The position numbers and the translations under genes are program-made. Shown here in pieces: positions 7,649-17,163 of a DNA stretch of 64,000 nucleotides. The notes beneath the pieces are model-generated. The model searched no databases, was not told where the DNA came from, and saw nothing but the letters and a program-made list of their open reading frames with translations. Every line of letters begins with the position of its first letter. Position 1 is the first letter of the stretch. The DNA is from Ignavibacteriales bacterium (lineage in GTDB: Bacteria; Bacteroidota; Ignavibacteria; Ignavibacteriales; Melioribacteraceae): positions 679,858 through 743,857 of the forward strand of contig JAPLFF010000003.1 in the NCBI GenBank assembly GCA_026390775.1. The letters are read 5' to 3'.

Positions 7649-10053
7649 TCCGGCAGCCCGACTTTCTTAACGAGTTCTTTAAATCTGGGATCATTGCGAA
7701 TAGGATCGTAGAGTGGGTTTACGCTAAGCTCAACAAGTTGCTCATCGCGCTGCTCGTATGCCTTCTGCAGCGCATCGAATGCATGAACAAGCTCACCCAA
7801 CTCGATATAAATTTCAACAAAATAAAGTGCACGCACAAATTGTTTTTTTTCTCTGGTATGAAGCTCACTAATGATCTCCTGTGCTTCGCTTTTTTTTCCT
7901 ATTTTTGCATACACCCGCCCCAGGGCAAAAAGATTATCATTCGTACGACCATACTTGGTTGCATTGCGTTCAAGCAAAGCGAGTGCCTCATCATACCTTT
8001 TTTGTTCTGCGTAGCAATCCGCCATGTATAATTCGTCGAGGGCGGGATCAATATCAAGATCCACCATGTTCTGAAACTGGTTGAGCGCACTATCATACTG
8101 CTTGGTGTAATATAAAATCGTGCCTACAAAATAATTAGCGAGAAATGAACGTCGATCAAGATCTAGTACTCCCTTGGCTTCTATGAGAGCATCATCGCTC
8201 TTTCGTTCAATAATCATGCGGTAGTAGGCATGCCAAGAGTGTGCCTCTGCATCGTTCGGTTTTAGCTCGATTGCTCGCTTGTATTCCTTTTCTGCCCCTT
8301 TCCAATCCCAATCGTAAAACATCTTTACAACGCCAAGGTAGAGATGTGCTTCTTGAAGATTGTCATCGAGCGATAGAGCCTTTTCGAGAAATTCTCGTGC
8401 TTTGGGCATTCCCTCTGTATGTGGAAAGAGTATGCCAGATCCATCGTAGTAACCTTTTCCCAGTCCTGCGTAACCGAGGGCGAAATCTGGATCAAGCTCT
8501 ACTGCCCTCTGGAGATAGTCCAAGCCTTTCCTTGCCCCATCGGGCGTCCAGAGAGATGTCTGATACCGCCCTTTCAGATAGAGTTGATATGCTTCTGTGT
8601 TTTCGGTAGAACGTTTTGTAAGTTTTTTTTCGTCTTCGTCGATTAGTTTCAAGCTCAGTTTTTGGGATATTTCTTTCGATATGTCTTCTTGCACAGCAAG
8701 TATATCCGACAGTTTCTTGTTGTACTGCTCGCCCCAAATGTGAGTGTTGTTCGAAACGTTCACAAGCTCGGTGCTGATCTGGAGATTGTCTCCCCGCTGA
8801 GTGACCCTGCCCGCAAGCACAGCCTTCACACCCAACTCCTTGCCTATTTTCTGCGGATCAATGTCTTTACCTTTGTAATGGAACACAGAACTTCTCGACA
8901 TAACTGTGAGATTGGATAACTGCGACAGTGTATTTATGAGGCTTTCGGTGATACCGTCGCTCAAATATTCTGTGTTCGGGTCGGCACCGACATTCTCGAA
9001 AGGCAAAACTGCAATGGAATCTATTGATTGATGCTTACCGAAAAATGATGTGTACCCAATGAACCCAGCAATAAGAAGAACAAGAATTATCCCTAACCCA
9101 ACGAGTAGTCGAATTCGTTTTTGTGATTGAATTGTTTTCCGAATTCCCGATGTAGTGTGTTCGATGTCAGTCAATTCATTAGTCTTCCCACCAGATGGAT
9201 AGACAGATGTTTCTCCAAGCGTTTGGTGGGAAACTCTATTCGATTGTTTTTGTACTCTTCGTAACTCGCTAACCATGTCATCAATGTGCTGGTAGCGATC
9301 CCCGGGATCTTTTTCCAATGCACGGTTTAGTACATGTAGCATTTCTGATGAGACTTCCGTTAAATATTTATTTATCGGTTCTGGTTCTTCATTCATTAAC
9401 GAGTACATCATTGATGCATGATGTTCTCCCCTGAACGGCAGTCTGCCAGACAACATTTCATAAAAGAGAACGCCTAAAGAAAATATATCTGCTCTTCCAT
9501 CTATTTTTGAATTTGATAACTGTTCAGGTGCCATATATGAAACCGTACCCGAAGTGCTCATTGTTCGTGTGACACCTAATCCTTCTTTCAACTTTGCAAT
9601 TCCAAAATCCATTACCTTAATTTGGTTCTTGCTGTTGATCATTATATTATCCGGTTTTATATCCCGGTGGATAATTCCCTTTGCATGTGCTTCTTCTAAT
9701 GCTTCTCCTATTTGTATTGCATAGTTTATAGCTTCTTCGATGCTCAACCCTGTATCTTTTATTTTTGTTCTAAGTGTTACTCCGTCAACAAATTCCATCG
9801 CAATGAATTTTGCTTCATCAGCTTCTTCTATATCATAAATAGTACAAATGTGAGGATGATTTAACTTTGCGGTCATCTGCGCTTCGTTGAGCAAGCGCGC
9901 ATTGTCTTCATTAGAAATAGAAAGATGATGCGGTAAAAATTTAAGCGCTACTGTTCTGCGAAGTTTAGTGTCTTCTGCCTTATACACAACACCCATCCCG
10001 CCTTCACCGAGTTTTTCCAAAATTTTATAATGTGAAATTGTTTTGCCAATCAT
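7645..10053 (-). CDS. Hanks-type Ser/Thr protein kinase, single TM, TolB-N-like periplasmic domain and TPR sensor region (paralog 3)
   Basis: The ORF track gives 7645..10116. I prefer the start at 10053 (MIGKTISHYKILEKLGEGGMG) because it forms an ATGA overlap with the upstream stop and matches the paralog N-termini. Motifs are GEGGMG, VALK, HRDIKPDN, DFG and APE. The TM is LLVGLGIILVLLIAGFIGY, followed by SIAVLPFENVGADPNTEYLSDGITE and then TPR-like repeats. Confidence 0.9.
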   Translation of the reverse strand: MIGKTISHYKILEKLGEGGMGVVYKAEDTKLRRTVALKFLPHHLSISNEDNARLLNEAQMTAKLNHPHICTIYDIEEADEAKFIAMEFVDGVTLRTKIKDTGLSIEEAINYAIQIGEALEEAHAKGIIHRDIKPDNIMINSKNQIKVMDFGIAKLKEGLGVTRTMSTSGTVSYMAPEQLSNSKIDGRADIFSLGVLFYEMLSGRLPFRGEHHASMMYSLMNEEPEPINKYLTEVSSEMLHVLNRALEKDPGDRYQHIDDMVSELRRVQKQSNRVSHQTLGETSVYPSGGKTNELTDIEHTTSGIRKTIQSQKRIRLLVGLGIILVLLIAGFIGYTSFFGKHQSIDSIAVLPFENVGADPNTEYLSDGITESLINTLSQLSNLTVMSRSSVFHYKGKDIDPQKIGKELGVKAVLAGRVTQRGDNLQISTELVNVSNNTHIWGEQYNKKLSDILAVQEDISKEISQKLSLKLIDEDEKKLTKRSTENTEAYQLYLKGRYQTSLWTPDGARKGLDYLQRAVELDPDFALGYAGLGKGYYDGSGILFPHTEGMPKAREFLEKALSLDDNLQEAHLYLGVVKMFYDWDWKGAEKEYKRAIELKPNDAEAHSWHAYYRMIIERKSDDALIEAKGVLDLDRRSFLANYFVGTILYYTKQYDSALNQFQNMVDLDIDPALDELYMADCYAEQKRYDEALALLERNATKYGRTNDNLFALGRVYAKIGKKSEAQEIISELHTREKKQFVRALYFVEIYIELGELVHAFDALQKAYEQRDEQLVELSVNPLYDPIRNDPRFKELVKKVGLPE
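8570..10053. repeat. Copy A of an approximately 1.48-kb direct repeat (homogenised 5' portions of the two TPR kinases)
   Basis: Aligns without indels to 10975..12458 (constant offset 2405 nt). Long runs of identical nucleotides occur, e.g. ...catgtcatcaatgtgctggtagcgatccccgggatc... in both copies. Confidence 0.85.
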
Positions 10054-12458
10054 TTTTCCAATCCCATTTTCTTTAGCAAAGTTGTATAGCGGGAATCGGA
10101 GCGGAGATTGTCCCACATAGGATGAACCTTAAGAAATCCCAAATTCCTATTTTGCTCATTGTATCCTTTCTCGAGCCACTCGAATGCCTGATCCTTATCA
10201 TCTAATCCCGCATAGACCATGGCTATTTGATTCGAGAGTGTATAACCCTTCTTTGAGAATTCGAACAATTGATTGAGAACCTTAATTGCCTCATTCTTCT
10301 TTCCTGATCTTGCATACGCATAACCCAAGTTTCCCAAGCCAAAAGGATCGTCAGATCCAACGATCTGTCTGACTTTTTGATGTTCACTGATAGCTTCATC
10401 AAATTTGTTCTGCTGTACATAGATATTACCTAGGAATACGTGCACATAAAGAAAATTCTGATCGAGCTCAAGGACCTTTTTTATTTGCTCTATCGCCTGA
10501 TCGTAGTGCCGCATGTAGTAAAGAACTCCCCCCGCCAAAGTGGCAATAATAGGAGAAAGAGGATCAAGTTCTTGTGCCCGTTTAATTTCAGATAAGGCTT
10601 CTTCTAATTTGCCCTGTTGTTCCAGAATTTCTCCATACCAATGATGAGCTGTAGGATAATTCGGATCAAGTTCTATGGCTCGTTTATATTCTCTCTCTGC
10701 ACCTTTCCAGTCCCATTGATTATTCATATTATATCCAAGCGCAGCATGGGGTTCAGCCAGTGTTGCATCCAATTCCATTGCTTTCATTGCCGCCTTCTCA
10801 GCTTTCGGTATGAAATCTTTAGGCGGTTTACCTGAATATTCCGGAAGAAGACTATAGGTCGAAGCTAAACCCGCATATGCAAGTGCATAGCCCGGATCCT
10901 TTTCAATCGCTAGATTGAAATAGTTAACAGCTTTTTCAAGATGATCGGTGTTGCGTTTGTTCCAGTGAAATCTTCCTTTGAGATAGAGCTGATATGCTTC
11001 TGTGTTTTCGGTGGAATGTTTTGTAAGTTTTTTTTCATCTTCGTCGATTAGTTTCAAACTCAATTTTTGGGAAATGTTTTTCGATATTTCTTCCTGAACT
11101 GTAAGAATATCAGAAAGTTTTTTGTTGTACTGCTCGCCCCATATGTGACTATTGTTTGAAACGTTCACAAGTTCCGTACTGATCTGGAGGTTATCGCCCC
11201 GCTGAGTGACTCTGCCTCTAAGCACGGCCTTTACACCCAACTCTTTGCCAGCTTTTTGCGGATCGATGTCTTTCCCTTTGTAGTGGAACACAGAGCTACT
11301 CGACATCACTGTAAGATTGGATAACTGCGACAGTGTATTGATAAGGCTTTCTGTTATTCCGTCGCTCAAATATTCTGTGTTCGGGTCGGCACCGACATTC
11401 TCGAACGGCAAGACTGCGATTGAATCTATTGATTGATGCTTACCGAAAAATGATGTGTACCCAATGAATCCAGCAATAAGAAGAACAAGAATTATCCCTA
11501 ACCCAATGAGCAGTCGAATTCGCTTTTGTGATTGAATTTTATGATTGGTTTCCGATGTGTTGCGTTCTATGTTAAGTGTTTCAGTAGTCTTTTCACCTGA
11601 TGTATGGACAGATGTCTCTCCAATCGTTCGCCGGGAAACTCTAGCCGATTGTTTTTGTACTCTTCGTAACTCGCTAACCATGTCATCAATGTGCTGGTAG
11701 CGATCCCCGGGATCTTTCTCTAATGCACGGTTAAGCACATGAAGCATTTCTGATGAGACTTCCGTTAAATATTTATTTATCGGCTCAGGTTCTTCATTCA
11801 TTAACGAGTATATCATTGATGCATGATGTTCTCCCCTGAACGGCAGTCTGCCCGACAACATTTCATAAAAGAGAACGCCTAAAGAAAATATATCTGCTCT
11901 TCCATCTATTTTTGAATTTGATAACTGTTCTGGCGCCATGTATGAAACCGTGCCTGAAGTGCTCATCGTTCGTGTGACACCTAATCCCTCTTTCAACTTT
12001 GCTATTCCAAAATCCATTACTTTAATCTGGTTCTTGCTGTTGATCATTATATTATCAGGTTTTATATCCCGGTGGACAACTCCCTGTGAATGCGCTTCTT
12101 CTAGTGCTTCACCAATCTGAATTGCATAGTTCACAGATTCTTCAATTGTAAGGTTATTCTCTTTTATTTTTTTTCTGAGTGTTACTCCGTCAACAAATTC
12201 CATTACAATAAATCTTTCTTCATCTGCTTCTTCAATATCGTGAACAGTACAGATGTGAGGATGATTTAATTTTGCAGTCATTTGGGCTTCGTTGAGCAGG
12301 CGCGCATTATCTTCATTAGAAATAGAAAGATGATGAGGTAAGAATTTCAGTGCAACAATACGCTTGAGTTTGGTGTCTTCTGCTTTATAAACTACTCCCA
12401 TTCCCCCTTCGCCGAGTTTTTCCAAAATCTTATAATGAAGAATAATATTCCCTATCAT
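10050..12458 (-). CDS. Hanks-type Ser/Thr protein kinase, single TM, TolB-N-like periplasmic domain and TPR sensor region (paralog 2)
   Basis: 802 aa with the same architecture and exactly the same length (2409 nt) as 7645..10053. The first approximately 494 aa are highly similar and the TPR part is strongly diverged. Confidence 0.92.
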   Translation of the reverse strand: MIGNIILHYKILEKLGEGGMGVVYKAEDTKLKRIVALKFLPHHLSISNEDNARLLNEAQMTAKLNHPHICTVHDIEEADEERFIVMEFVDGVTLRKKIKENNLTIEESVNYAIQIGEALEEAHSQGVVHRDIKPDNIMINSKNQIKVMDFGIAKLKEGLGVTRTMSTSGTVSYMAPEQLSNSKIDGRADIFSLGVLFYEMLSGRLPFRGEHHASMIYSLMNEEPEPINKYLTEVSSEMLHVLNRALEKDPGDRYQHIDDMVSELRRVQKQSARVSRRTIGETSVHTSGEKTTETLNIERNTSETNHKIQSQKRIRLLIGLGIILVLLIAGFIGYTSFFGKHQSIDSIAVLPFENVGADPNTEYLSDGITESLINTLSQLSNLTVMSSSSVFHYKGKDIDPQKAGKELGVKAVLRGRVTQRGDNLQISTELVNVSNNSHIWGEQYNKKLSDILTVQEEISKNISQKLSLKLIDEDEKKLTKHSTENTEAYQLYLKGRFHWNKRNTDHLEKAVNYFNLAIEKDPGYALAYAGLASTYSLLPEYSGKPPKDFIPKAEKAAMKAMELDATLAEPHAALGYNMNNQWDWKGAEREYKRAIELDPNYPTAHHWYGEILEQQGKLEEALSEIKRAQELDPLSPIIATLAGGVLYYMRHYDQAIEQIKKVLELDQNFLYVHVFLGNIYVQQNKFDEAISEHQKVRQIVGSDDPFGLGNLGYAYARSGKKNEAIKVLNQLFEFSKKGYTLSNQIAMVYAGLDDKDQAFEWLEKGYNEQNRNLGFLKVHPMWDNLRSDSRYTTLLKKMGLEK
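10975..12458. repeat. Copy B of the approximately 1.48-kb direct repeat
   Basis: See copy A. High similarity ends at the codons for ...TENTEAYQLYLKGR in both genes. Confidence 0.85.
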
Positions 12459-12468
12459 TTTAATATCT

Positions 12469-15195
12469 TTATTTCTTAGTTAAGGTTTGATTTTTTATTT
12501 CATCGGTCCAGTTCAGAACTAATGATATATTTTTGAAACTTATCCCTTTAACCAGGCTTGTTGTAATAAAATACTTTCCGTCAGAAGTTATATCGAATGT
12601 TATTCCGCTATCTACATTCATAGCCGGGAAACCACTAAACATCACTTTTGGTATTCCGGCTGCAAAGGTAGGCGATGTGGAAATTGGGACTGAGAACATT
12701 TGTGAACTTTTTCGATAGTAAATAGTTTTTCCGTCCGGTGACCATCTTGGTTCTTCAGCCACATCGGTGGATATCTGCCATTTACCTTCTTTGTTTGGAA
12801 ATGAGCGAACATAAATTTGGTACAAACCTGATTCATCTGTCAGATAGGACAACCATTTTCCATCAGGAGAAATACTAGCTTCATATTCATCTTTCTTTGA
12901 ATCTAAATATTTCCACGGTTTCTTGTCCCCTTTTAACGGAACAACAAGAAGGTCAGATTGGGCACCATTAGTTAGATTATCAATAATTAAATTTGCACCA
13001 TCTCGTGTCCAGTAATCTAAATATAGTCTCGTGTCCCCTCTGTATACTTCAACTTCATTTCCGCTACCATCATACGATTTTATATAAATCCCAAATTTTC
13101 CTTTTTCAAGTTGTTTCATATACGCAATATTTTTACCATCCGGTGACCATTGCGGTGTTCGATTTATACCTCCAAATGTTAACCTGTTTAATGCTTTTCT
13201 CATTATATCAAAAATCCAGATGTCAAAATTTTCTTCATCACGAATTACAAGAGCAATTTTTTTGTTATCTGGAGAAAGTCGTGGTTCGAGATATGGATGC
13301 CCGACAGAATCTAAACTTGTAACTTCACCTTTCATATTTATTTTTACAATTTTTCTGCTTCCTCCTTCTATGGCACCGGGTATATAAGCTAGTGTGCCAT
13401 TATCCGAGACCATATAGTTAGTAATTCCAGTTGTAGTTTCACTGAATACTCCCTCAACCACGGGGACAGGCTCACCTTTAACCTCAAGTCTGTCTACATC
13501 AAATGGAACTAAATAAAGAACTCCGGAACGGGAAAAAAGAATATGCCCGGAATTTATGTATCTCGCTGTGCTAGCATTTTTTATAAGTGTTTTTCTCTCG
13601 CCGGTTTCTATATCTACAACATCAATAGAAGCATTTTCGTAATAATCGGGACTTGTAAGTGTTCCAACTGTAAATAGAACATGTTCACCATCAGGTAGAA
13701 ATGAAGGCCAGCGATGAGTCCGTTCTATTTTTTTTGTAGAATCAATTGTCGTAATTTTTTTTGCAGTCCCTCCGGCTTCGGATATGAGCGATAAACCTTC
13801 AGTTGGAGAAGCTGAATAAACAATACTGCCATTTTTACCCCAGGTTCCTCCTCTATTATCTCCAACGTCTGCTAGTACAACAGGCGTTCCACTACCTAAC
13901 GAAATTTTTTCCAACTTTCCATTTGTGAAAAATCCAAGCCATTTATCATCTTGTGAAAAGAAAGGAGTTGAAGCATTTTCTGTTCCCGGTATAAGAACGG
14001 GTTCTATCGAATCCATTTTACGGATATAAAATTTACTGTTTGCCTTAAATACCAATTTACTTCCGTCGTGTGATATTGCCATGGCTGGGTATGAATTTAA
14101 ATCAAGTATTTTATCATCACCGATATCAAGTGAAAATTTTGTTATAATTTTTTCTTGGGATGGTTTGTTAAGAACTAACCAAGTGGAAACTAGCGCTATT
14201 AATAATATTATAGAAAAAATCCATGGGAAAATAGATGAGCGGAAGAATTTTGATAAATCAATTCTGCGATTCAAAATTTCAACAGTGAATGATCCTGAAG
14301 GAGTAACAGCTGTTATTTGTCCGGTTGCAGTATTAAATAAAGCGGGATTAACATTATATTTTTTACTTGTTCTTTGTCCAGAAGATTTTTTTATTTTCCT
14401 CAAATCTTTTGCTAATTCTTTAGCAGATTGACATCTATCATCTTTTTCTTTTTCCAGACATTCAAGAATAATTCCGTCAAGTTGTGGATCTATGCCTTCT
14501 TTAACAGAAGAGATTGGTGCAGCATCCACATTTACTATCTCATACATTATTGCCGTTTCATGCATACCCTTAAATGGTGATTCTCCTGCAAGCAATTCAT
14601 AGAGCACCACTCCAAAAGAAAAAATATCTGTCCTGTGATCAACATCGAGTCCTTGCACCTGTTCGGGTGACATGTAACCCATCGTTCCCATTGTAGTTCC
14701 TAGTTTTGTAAGTCGGCTTGCATTGCTTGATGTGTAAAGTTTTGCTAGACCGAAATCCATTATTTGAACGATGCCGTCTTTCCGGATCATTATGTTTTCT
14801 GGTTTTATGTCTCTGTGAACAATCCCTTTCTCGTGAGCCGCTGCAAGACCTTCAGCCACCTGTACACCGATATCAAGAATTTTTTTCTCTGAAAGATTTT
14901 GTTTGTTATTTCTTAGAGTAACACCGTCTATAAATTCCATTACAATGAAAAGTTGTCCTTCGTGTTCTTGTATGTCATAGATAGTACATACATTCGGGTG
15001 GTTCATAGCAGAAGCAGCTTTAGCTTCCTGAACAAATCTTGCTTTCGCATCCTCTGTGGCAGTGATCTGAGATGGGAGAAACTTCAGTGCAACAAAGCGG
15101 TCAAGTTTTGTGTCTTGAGCTTTGTATACAGTGCCCATCCCGCCTTCACCGAGTTTCTCCAAAATTTTATAATGTGATATTGTTTTACCAATCAT
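12469..15195 (-). CDS. Hanks-type Ser/Thr protein kinase with TM and TolB-like (PD40/WD40-like) beta-propeller sensor region (paralog 1)
   Basis: 908 aa with GEGGMG, VALKFL, HRDIKPEN, DFG and SPE. The TM is IFPWIFSIILLIALVSTWLVL. The C-terminal part has repeated SPDGK/SHDGSK PD40-type motifs. Confidence 0.9.
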   Translation of the reverse strand: MIGKTISHYKILEKLGEGGMGTVYKAQDTKLDRFVALKFLPSQITATEDAKARFVQEAKAASAMNHPNVCTIYDIQEHEGQLFIVMEFIDGVTLRNNKQNLSEKKILDIGVQVAEGLAAAHEKGIVHRDIKPENIMIRKDGIVQIMDFGLAKLYTSSNASRLTKLGTTMGTMGYMSPEQVQGLDVDHRTDIFSFGVVLYELLAGESPFKGMHETAIMYEIVNVDAAPISSVKEGIDPQLDGIILECLEKEKDDRCQSAKELAKDLRKIKKSSGQRTSKKYNVNPALFNTATGQITAVTPSGSFTVEILNRRIDLSKFFRSSIFPWIFSIILLIALVSTWLVLNKPSQEKIITKFSLDIGDDKILDLNSYPAMAISHDGSKLVFKANSKFYIRKMDSIEPVLIPGTENASTPFFSQDDKWLGFFTNGKLEKISLGSGTPVVLADVGDNRGGTWGKNGSIVYSASPTEGLSLISEAGGTAKKITTIDSTKKIERTHRWPSFLPDGEHVLFTVGTLTSPDYYENASIDVVDIETGERKTLIKNASTARYINSGHILFSRSGVLYLVPFDVDRLEVKGEPVPVVEGVFSETTTGITNYMVSDNGTLAYIPGAIEGGSRKIVKINMKGEVTSLDSVGHPYLEPRLSPDNKKIALVIRDEENFDIWIFDIMRKALNRLTFGGINRTPQWSPDGKNIAYMKQLEKGKFGIYIKSYDGSGNEVEVYRGDTRLYLDYWTRDGANLIIDNLTNGAQSDLLVVPLKGDKKPWKYLDSKKDEYEASISPDGKWLSYLTDESGLYQIYVRSFPNKEGKWQISTDVAEEPRWSPDGKTIYYRKSSQMFSVPISTSPTFAAGIPKVMFSGFPAMNVDSGITFDITSDGKYFITTSLVKGISFKNISLVLNWTDEIKNQTLTKK

Positions 15196-15250
15196 GTCTT
15201 AACTCCTAGTTCAAATGAAATATTGGAACGATATAATTCTATAATCACTT

Positions 15251-15589
15251 CTAGCTGTAACTTTTTACAGCTTCATCCACAGAGGGATAATTTTCGAATA
15301 CAGTAATAAGCTTTGTGATTACGAGCAGGCTTGTAATTTTCTCGGTTGCGTTAGCAAGCTTTAGATTACCGTCTGCATTCTTTACTGTTGTATATCCGCT
15401 AATCAACATTCCTAAGCCCGAACTATTTACATATCCGGTTTCTTTAAGATCAATTATTAAATTTTTCTTCCCCTCTAATATCAACTTACGAAGAGTATCA
15501 CTAAACTCTTCATTCTTAGTTCCGCCTGTGATATCTCCTTTGAGCTCGATAACAACCGATGTGTACTTTTCAACCACATTGATTTTCAT
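15251..15589 (-). CDS. STAS-domain protein (anti-sigma-factor antagonist, SpoIIAA/RsbV-like)
   Basis: 112 aa with the conserved phosphorylatable-serine motif N-S-S-G-L-G (residues 55-60 by my count). Confidence 0.85.
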   Translation of the reverse strand: MKINVVEKYTSVVIELKGDITGGTKNEEFSDTLRKLILEGKKNLIIDLKETGYVNSSGLGMLISGYTTVKNADGNLKLANATEKITSLLVITKLITVFENYPSVDEAVKSYS

Positions 15590-15609
15590 GATAGTTCTCC
15601 ATTTTATTT

Positions 15610-16908
15610 TTATTCAATCCGTTTAATTACCATTATTGTTATGTCATCCGATTGTTCCACCCTTCTGGAATGTTCTTTTACTTCATCAAGTATTTTTTGA
15701 ACAATTTCTTCAGCTGTAGATTTCAAGTTTGTGCGGACAATATCTAACATTTTTTCTTCCCCAAATTCTTCAGCCGCCGCATTCATTGCTTCTGTTACAC
15801 CGTCAGAGTAAAGAATCAATACATCGTTTTCATTTATTTCAATCATACCCTCTTGAAATTTAGAATTAGGAATCATTCCAACAACCACACCGCCAATTTC
15901 TAATTTTTGAGTCTTTGAGTTATCAGTAAAAAGAAATGGCGGATTGTGTCCGGCATTGCAATACTTTATAATATTTTCTTTCGTATTTAGTATTCCATAG
16001 AAAAGTGTAGCATATTTGCTAGAATCAGTATTTGTGTAAAGAAGATTATTTGTAAAAGAGATACAATTAGTACAAGATACGTTTAGAAATGTCTGTCCTC
16101 GTAAAGTAGCTTGTAGATTTGCCATTAATAGTGCTGCTGGCAACCCTTTTCCTGATATATCTGCAACACAAAATGCAACAGAGTCATTGTCAATTTTCAT
16201 GAAGTCAAAGTAATCTCCACCAACTTCCTTTGCCGGAATACTTCTCCCTGCAAGTTGATAACCTTTAAACTGTGGTATTTCTTTTGGAAGCAAATCAGTT
16301 TGAATCTTATTTGCCAGCCTCATTTCTTCTTGGACTTTAATAAGAGTCTGCTCTCTAAGGGCGAGTCGTGCGTTTTCTATTACCTGTGAAGATTGCCCAG
16401 CAATGATTGAAAGTAATCTTTGATCTTCATTAGTGAATTCTCTTTCATCGCGTTTATTGAATAGTGAAACCACACCGATCAATTTGCTTTTCAACATAAG
16501 GGGCACTGCTAAAATTGATTTAAGATCGGCTCTCTTTTCAATAAATTTTATTCGGTCATCGTTTTTGAAGTCATTTACAAGAAGCGGAGATTTGTGAAGA
16601 ATCATCCAACCGGAAAGCTGAGTGTCTAGATGGAAAGAATTTGTATCTATTATACCAGTGTTTTGCTTACGAATGAATGTGTGGAAGGGATTTGTTTCAT
16701 CAGTCGAATCAATGAGCATAACAGCACCTTGTTCAACATGCAGATGCTTAACACATTTTTGGACAATCAATTGAATAATTTGTTCAAGCGACAAAGTTGA
16801 AGAAATTGCGGTTGCAATTTCGTTGAGGATCGAGAGTTCGGCAATGGCAGATTTGAGTCTTTTATTTTCTTCTATAATAATCTGCGCAGAACGTTTTTCA
16901 TCTTCCAT
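15610..16908 (-). CDS. GAF-domain PP2C-type phosphatase (SpoIIE/RsbU family)
   Basis: 432 aa. It has an N-terminal coiled coil plus a GAF-like region. PP2C motifs are EVGGDYFDF, DISGKGLPAALLMA, GHNPP, LYSDGVTEA and DDITIMV. Confidence 0.88.
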   Translation of the reverse strand: MEDEKRSAQIIIEENKRLKSAIAELSILNEIATAISSTLSLEQIIQLIVQKCVKHLHVEQGAVMLIDSTDETNPFHTFIRKQNTGIIDTNSFHLDTQLSGWMILHKSPLLVNDFKNDDRIKFIEKRADLKSILAVPLMLKSKLIGVVSLFNKRDEREFTNEDQRLLSIIAGQSSQVIENARLALREQTLIKVQEEMRLANKIQTDLLPKEIPQFKGYQLAGRSIPAKEVGGDYFDFMKIDNDSVAFCVADISGKGLPAALLMANLQATLRGQTFLNVSCTNCISFTNNLLYTNTDSSKYATLFYGILNTKENIIKYCNAGHNPPFLFTDNSKTQKLEIGGVVVGMIPNSKFQEGMIEINENDVLILYSDGVTEAMNAAAEEFGEEKMLDIVRTNLKSTAEEIVQKILDEVKEHSRRVEQSDDITIMVIKRIE

Positions 16909-17163
16909 GAAAAGCTCCTCAAAGATTGCTTAGTATAATTTATATATAAGTGTAGAAGGAAAATCAAAGGCTATCTTTAATAATAACTTAAGCAAAATAA
17001 ATGATTGTTTTGAATTAAAATGTGAGTCTATACTTATATAAAATTCTGTAAGAATTAAAAGAATAGAGCAATAAATAAGATTTTTATAAAGTGCATTATT
17101 ATTAAAGAGTGTTGGGAAAACAAAGCAATTCCTTCCTTTTACAATCGTAATAATATTGAATCG

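Noticed and set aside
7633-8919. Cluster of 60-132-aa ORFs on the plus strand and in alternative minus-strand frames (7633..8031, 7881..8084, 7899..8096, 8241..8609, 8419..8646, 8492..8737, 8662..8919)
   Set aside because: All lie inside the well-supported kinase gene 7645..10053. Their translations are low-complexity, Arg/Cys/Leu/Pro-rich and without motifs. Their abundance is explained by the locally higher G+C content, which depletes stop codons.
10054-10116. N-terminal extension of kinase 3 given by the ORF track (MGQSPLRFPLYNFAKENGIGK...)
   Set aside because: The extension overlaps the 3' end of kinase 2. The paralogs all begin MIG(K/N)..., and ATG 10053 forms an ATGA stop/start overlap, so the shorter start is preferred.
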